A stretch of DNA of 64,000 nucleotides from Leidyana gryllorum EB-2025a (lineage: Eukaryota; Protista; Apicomplexa), in assembly GCA_048772705.1 (NCBI GenBank), contig JBLWGC010000224.1, forward strand, positions 186,001-250,000, given 5' to 3'. The translations under genes were made by a program, and so were the position numbers. Within the stretch, counting starts at the first letter, position 1. Each line of letters opens with the position of its first letter. Shown one piece after another: positions 58,022 through 64,000 of this stretch. The notes beneath the pieces were generated by a model. The model was not told where the DNA came from. It ran no database searches and was given only the letters and a program-made list of their open reading frames with translations.

Positions 58022-61000
58022 CTAATCCATTACCTCCAGTAGATGGGCGCGTCTCTCATCACTTCTAATCAACACTTCATCTTCATGCACTCCTTGCGTG
58101 CGAAGTTTGCGAGCGAACTCTAAAACCTGTGCCTCCGCTTCTCGCATCCTCCCCTTTCGTCTCTTTTCTGTCTCTGTCAATTGTGGTTTCACTGTAGGCC
58201 GAGATGTCGACGAATCGCCAAACATATCGTCTTCGTCTTCGTCCCCATCGACGGGCTCCATGTTCTGATCGCCCCCAGCGGCAACGGCACTGCTGCCGGC
58301 CAGCTGCTGACGAGCACTCTGCTCTGCCATCAGAACGTCCGAAATTGAAATAGTGTCATCGGGTATGAGAAAAGTAGAAATCTTTGTAACATTCTCCGGG
58401 TCTATGGGGGTCATGGCTGGGGAAGCCGCCGCAGACATCGCCTGACTTCTTCCTTTATCCTCCACCGTCCCCTTCTCCGCCGTCTGTGGCGGCGGACTCG
58501 CCGACCCGCCGAGGACATCCTCCTCTTGGTGTCCATGAAAGTCCTCCTCGTCAGCCGCCTCCAGGCCGACTGTCGCCGAAACGTTCCCGGCTGGCAGAAC
58601 TGACTCGCTCAGAACGTTTTTCCGCTGCGAAGCCAAAGCGTCGTGGCCAACTTCCCGTATCAATCAATAATACTCACGCTGAGTTCCATTTTATGTCGGA
58701 CATAGGTTGCCCGAATGATCAAACGTCGGATCAAAACATCAGTGTCTCCAGTGGGGTTCCGCGATGTGCACACACCAAACAAATGGCACAGCTTCTTCAA
58801 CCCCACCAAGTCATCTCGAACTTTCAGCCATTGCTATCAAGAAAAAGACGATCACAAAGACGTTATAGACCCCGCATGACTCACCATCAGGTCACGCCGC
58901 AGCCACACCGGAACTCTCCCGAGATCCTCCAATAACCAGTCTTTGGACAAAGGCTCGCCATCACATTGCTGATTCAGTGGTGCCGTGACTGGTGGATCAG
59001 CTATTTCCAAAAGCTGTTCCAGATGACTCTCATCGGCAAAATAGTTTGCCTCCAACCCTTCGAGGAAGTCGATAGAGTAGATCGCCCACGAGTGCCACGC
59101 TGAAAGGACTGCCACTACACGAGCAGCGAATAATTGGGCCACAACGGGGTGCAGAGACTTGGAAACTGAAACAAACAGCAATGTTTGCAAGATGTGTGCA
59201 GAATGCCCCAAGCATGGAGACACGACACACTTACAGACGTTCAAATGCCTGAATACGTCTGGCAACTGGCGTTCCAGAGTCAGCCGATAGCTCCAAGCTG
59301 CATGACGCAAGGAGAAAGTGTTATGAAGAACATCTGATAAGAGATAAAGCCTTGCGATCTGTGATATCGAAGTTATACATCTTGAGTCAAGAACGATGGT
59401 GAGCTTACTTTGGCCTCCACATCCGATCGCTCATCGTGTATTGCATCAATCAGCATTCTGCTGATAGCTATAGAGCTATCAGCTTTGAGCATACAGAACA
59501 TCATGGCAGATTTGATCGAGGGTCTGGATCTGTTCAGTCTCTGTAATTTCCACTTGAGATCTTCCCGGTCGCCCACAGACAGCGGCTGTCGGCCAGCGCC
59601 CACCAGCCCGGTTGGAATGCCAGCGGCGTCAACCGTTTGAGTGTCGGGCCATAAGGCCAGCACCGCAGCTCTGACATTGGAATGGCGTGTGGACACACAC
59701 AAATGTGGGCTTACGAAGTTTCACAAGCCGTTGCAGGTGGCGGTATCCACGTTCTTCCGGCTGGAAATAGCTGAAAGGGGGTGGTGTTCCAGTGCCGGGT
59801 GGTTTCCCCTTGAGCTTCGGACATGACACGCCAGCGGAAATAGTGATACTCAGGGTGATTGGGGTCGCTCAGGAACGCATACTCGGGGTCAGCACCTTTG
59901 ACTTTGTAGAGAGTCGCTTCAAAAGAAGCACCGTTCTGGTAGAAAAGCGGGGTGTGGTGTGGTAGTCGGACCATTGCTCTCACCTCTGCCACATATTTGG
60001 CCACCAGATCAATTTGCACTCGTCGATAGCGATTTGCGGGTACTGCGATACGGATGGTTTTCACGTCCTGTTGAGGAGTGTCTGAAGCGACGTCCTTTTG
60101 GGCAGAAGCCGTGTCAACGAGATAAGACTGTGTGTCCCCAACTTCCACTTTACCACCAAAGTCATCGAAACCTCGATCACGAATCCGGGCCATTGTCGCG
60201 GAGGCCTCAGCAGAGGAGTTGGGTGCACCGCCTGAGGTTCTCGGCAGCGCTTTGCCCCATCTGTGTGTGCGTGTGTATACATGGGATGAGAGTGTGTATG
60301 TGGAGTTTACCCTATTTTCATTGGCATTCCACCGATTTCTTTGCCATCGAGAGCGTCCTTTGCCTGTTGCGCTTCCGCGCGTCTTATGAAGGATACGAAG
60401 CCGCAGTGGCGGCCTCTGAGTTGTTCTTGTGGCGTTCGGGGGTACATGATTTTGACCGAAGATATGGTTCCGAAGCGGCCGAAGGTCTCCAGGAGAGCTG
60501 CTTCAGAGACAGATGGTGACAAGTTGCCAATGTAGAGATTGGTCGTATCATCAGCTTCGGGTAAATTGAAGTGGGTGTTGCGAATGGCCTCCAAGTCTAT
60601 TCGCGCTTGTGTGCGCTCGGCTTCGGTGACATCAGAGGAATTTATCACTGAAACGAGCCGTCGTCTCTGTTCCACGAGTGATTGACGCTGGCGTATCTCC
60701 TTCAACACGCTGTCAATCTCTCGCGGTCCTCCCGGAGGCTTCGCGCTTATGGTGGTGGCGGTGGAGGAGGGCGGCGGCGGTTCCTCGAGCTCCTGCATGA
60801 TATCATCAGCAGCTGTTGTGGACGACCCCCAGTGTAGTTTCTGCGGGCGAGGAGGATTGAGAGGACCTGTTGGGTGGACTGACTGACTGACCTTTTGCGG
60901 AGGAAGAATTGGGGCGGTGTCATTTAGAGTTGTTTCGTTGGTGGTTATGAGGGGGGCACCAGTGCCCGCTAAGTAGTTAAACAAGGTGTGCTCAACATTA

Positions 61001-61213
61001 GAACAGAGAGAGAGTTCTTGGCGAAGAACGGCCAAAGACCCTCACCTCGTACAAAGGGTTGAGACTGCAGATGGTCTTCCGCATCGAATGATTTCAGCAA
61101 TTCCATATACGCATCCTGTAATCAGAACGTCAATCCCATCTCGTATACGTAAGGACCTCAGAAGCAGCCGATGTTAAGCCATTCTCATCGGAAGGCAGCT
61201 TTCGCTTAGTCAT
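58022..61213 (-). CDS. U2SURP: U2 snRNP-associated SURP-motif protein (SR140), multi-exon
   Basis: RRM TTNLYIGNL..FGTISSVKIMYPRT..RHCGFVSF; SURP (GASFEA..YAFL..YHYFRWR); CID (IKSAMMFCM, LYLISDVLHN, VLSAWHSWAIY); cwf21-like REAEAQVLEF. Confidence 0.92.
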
Positions 61214-61239
61214 CTCGGTGGAAAAATATACAAAAACCC

Positions 61240-63459
61240 ATGCAAGGGCTCAAGCTAAGGCAGCTCTCAGCTGCCCTTGTCATTGCTTGTGTCATCACAC
61301 TCACAGGCACCATACTCTTTTCAGTTCAACAGGGTGTCTTCTTCCCCTTTAAGTGGACCGCAGACTATCAGAGGGTAACTAAGATCACCACACTTTTGTC
61401 CCAGATTCTTTCAGCAAGATTACGGCATAACTATTGATGCCGGAAGTCATGGCACCCGCGCCCATCTCTACAAATGGGCCGGCCGAGTCGAAGACCCCTC
61501 CCACCCCCTCCAAAGTATGTACCTCAACTCTCCGCCCCACATTGCCTCAGGTCCCGTGACTATCCCAACCGAAGTTGCCACCGTTGCCCCGCCCGAGGCC
61601 GTTGGCGTCGCTGACTATTTGGATATCCCCTCCCTCGTTGGCGACAACGTTCTCAAACCCATCGTCCAGGGTCTCCAAGACCACTTATTACAGCTGGGCG
61701 TACCCCCAGCTGAATGGCACAAAATTAGACTCTTCTTCAAAGCGACAGCCGGATTACGCAACACTGACGCTGACGCTCGCGATGCTCTCATGGACCATAT
61801 CCGATCGTGGCTTCGCGACCCCCAAAACTCTCCCTTCTACTTTGAGTTCCCCTGGGCGCGCGTCATCTCGGGAGAAGAAGAAGGCACCTTTGGCTGGATA
61901 TCAGTCAACAATATCGCCGGCACTATCCTCTCTCCAGCCAACGGGACTATTGGGGCCCTCGATCTCGGTGGAGCCTCGGCACAAATGACCTTCATGCCTA
62001 CACACACTTCTGTACTCGAAGACTACTATGAGCTCCAACTTGGACCCAACCCCGTCAGACTCTATAGCCACTCATTTCTCGGCTACGGATGGGAGGACGC
62101 CCTCTCACGCCTCACTAGCCGCCTCGGACTCGAAACTATCTTCTCCATGTTAAGTCAGGACCCCAACCTCATTGGAGTCCCTCTCAACAGCGCCGACGTC
62201 CCACAAGAGATAGAGGCTGACAATGTACCCAACATCGCTATCGACACCAAAAAACACGATCCCGAAGGAGCTGAACAAGTCGCCATTGTCGCTGCAGAAC
62301 ACCCCTGCTTCCCCATAGGATATAAATATACATACGACCTTCCAGATGCTGTCTATCCGGATGGAAGATCATTCCTCGATCTCGATATGAAAGCAGTCCT
62401 CGCCTATATGGCCGCCGCTGGCATCGACCTCACCTCCCCCATCATTCAACGACACGTCCCACCACAAATATATCAAGCTGCACTCTCCACACCATTCTTC
62501 GACTACCCAAATCTCGAAACAGTCGCACGCCAGCAGAGTGCCGCTCGCAGCCCCAAACATAACTACTCCGCCCCCGCACCAGCGGAATTGTCGCCCTTCC
62601 AGCCCTGGGCTGAACCTCTCCCCCGGGCCCAGATCCGATACAGAATCCATTTCAAAGGAACCGGAGACTTCTATGCTTGCCAAGAAAAGGCCAAAAGGTA
62701 AACTCAACTCCACCATCACCTCCAACCATCTCTCCCGCAGTCTATTCTATCAAGAGCCCTGTTTCCTCAACACCTGCTCCTTCAATGGCATCTACCAACC
62801 GAGAATCGCTGAAAGCCGGTGAGATCCGACCCTTGTGCAAACCCTTCGACCTCTTCTTCCTCAGCTTTCTGGCCCTCGGACAATTCAGCAAAGTCAGAAA
62901 CGCCCTTCAAATCCCAACTTCGGCCACTCCCAATACACTGGAGAAAGCGGCTGCGAAAGTTTGTGGAATGGAATGGACAGACGTGCAAGAGCTGCAGAGT
63001 CAAGGGGCATTTGCGCCTTACGGAAAGGTGATCATCATCCACCACCTTCCTTAACACTTCTATTCTACAGGGAGGAGTTGCCAAGTTGTGCTGGAAAGCT
63101 CTGTGGGCACATAGCATCCTCACACACGGTTACGGACTGGACGGAGAGTCACGAGCTGTCACCTTCTGGACACCCCCCAATGGAGACTTCAGCGAAGCGC
63201 CAGGATGGGCTTTTGGATCAATGGTAGCTGAGATCAGCTACTTCCCGTGGCAGAATACCAGAGGCCGCTTTGTTGCCCCTTATTGGTGGGCGCTCTCGGC
63301 TATCATAACCCTTGTAGCCCTCGGACTCCTACAACAGAAAAGAGTGAGCTCATCAAAACTATTTCGTCAATATTCGATCTTCAGATCGACAACTATAGGG
63401 GCAAATTAGCCTTCTTGAAGGTCAATCGCAGTGATATATATGAAGAAATAGTCGCATGA
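61240..63459 (+). CDS. GDA1/CD39-family NTPDase (apyrase) with N- and C-terminal TM helices
   Basis: ACR1 IDAGSHGTR, ACR2 ATAGLR, ACR3 ISGEEEGTFGWISVN, ACR4 DLGGASAQ, ACR5 WAFG; CSFNGIYQP; hydrophobic termini. Confidence 0.93.
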
Positions 63460-63523
63460 GCTCCTTCATGATGCACCCTTGTGCATTTTAACTGACTTGC
63501 ACCGTTCATCATCGTGTATGCCT

Positions 63524-64000
63524 TCAGGGCTTAAAAAGAGGGGACAAAGAGGCCAAGGGCCGGAAGTCTCTAAGAACTGGATGCCCGGAGTCAGTATACC
63601 GAGCTGTGGAAGGCAGAGACCGACCAAACGCACCCTTCTTGCGCTCCAGGTATTCGATAATCTCTGCTGAAGAAGGCTCGTGGGGTAACTTGAGCTTGTT
63701 CAAAGATGTCCACATGCCGCGCTGGGGTGAGCCGAACGGGGCTGACATTCCTTCGAGCATGGGAGTAGCGGATGCCTCCGCAGCTTCCACGGATTCTACA
63801 ACTTCCGCTTCCACTTGGGTCGGATGTGGATCCGTTGGTCCGTCATCGTCTGCTGCGCTCACGGATGCAAGATCCTGAAGTTCCTTGCTTGAGAGTGCTT
63901 GATTTGCTGCGTCAGGCAGAATGAGCAGAGAAGTGGTGGGAGCTGGAGTGGTCGAGGTTTGGCGTGCAGACTCGAGGTCTACCGCATCACCGCCGAGAAG
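63524..64000 (-). CDS. 3' part of a hypothetical protein running off the window end
   Basis: Acidic/Ser-rich open frame ending LSPLFKP-stop at 63524, apparently continuing to the window edge. Confidence 0.45.
   Translation of the reverse strand, partial: LLGGDAVDLESARQTSTTPAPTTSLLILPDAANQALSSKELQDLASVSAADDDGPTDPHPTQVEAEVVESVEAAEASATPMLEGMSAPFGSPQRGMWTSLNKLKLPHEPSSAEIIEYLERKKGAFGRSLPSTARYTDSGHPVLRDFRPLASLSPLFKP

Noticed and set aside
1-64000. rRNA, tRNA, transposon, retroelement or telomeric repeats
   Set aside because: No recognisable signatures seen by eye; a covariance-model or repeat scan was not possible.

Overview
Eukaryotic, very gene-dense genomic DNA (about 29 protein-coding loci in 64 kb, roughly balanced GC). 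Most genes are split by short GT-AG introns of about 40-55 nt, which explains why the ORF track is fragmented. Gene content and architecture fit a compact apicomplexan genome, probably a gregarine (inference). Housekeeping genes recognisable by motif: SCY1-like pseudokinase, PP2A B56, DAG kinase, MA3/PDCD4-like, Sec66, FCP1-like phosphatase, RFT1, STEEP1/CXorf56, UTP23, UTP12/DIP2, SF3B1, APC10, U2SURP and a CD39-type NTPDase. The most notable locus is a cluster of three BglX-like GH3 glycosidases at 24.2-33.3 kb, each with an N-terminal membrane anchor. Two are intronless, divergently transcribed and catalytically intact. The third has lost its catalytic residues but keeps a full reading frame. 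Other highlights: an HDP1-like homeo-like DNA-binding protein whose domain is split by an unusually long CA-rich intron; a long, structured, stop-free in-frame intron in FCP1; an APC10 with a ~375-aa insertion; and several head-to-head gene pairs with start codons only about 18-26 bp apart. No rRNA, tRNA, CRISPR or transposon was recognised. All family calls are from recalled motifs, not database searches, and exon models were assembled by eye.
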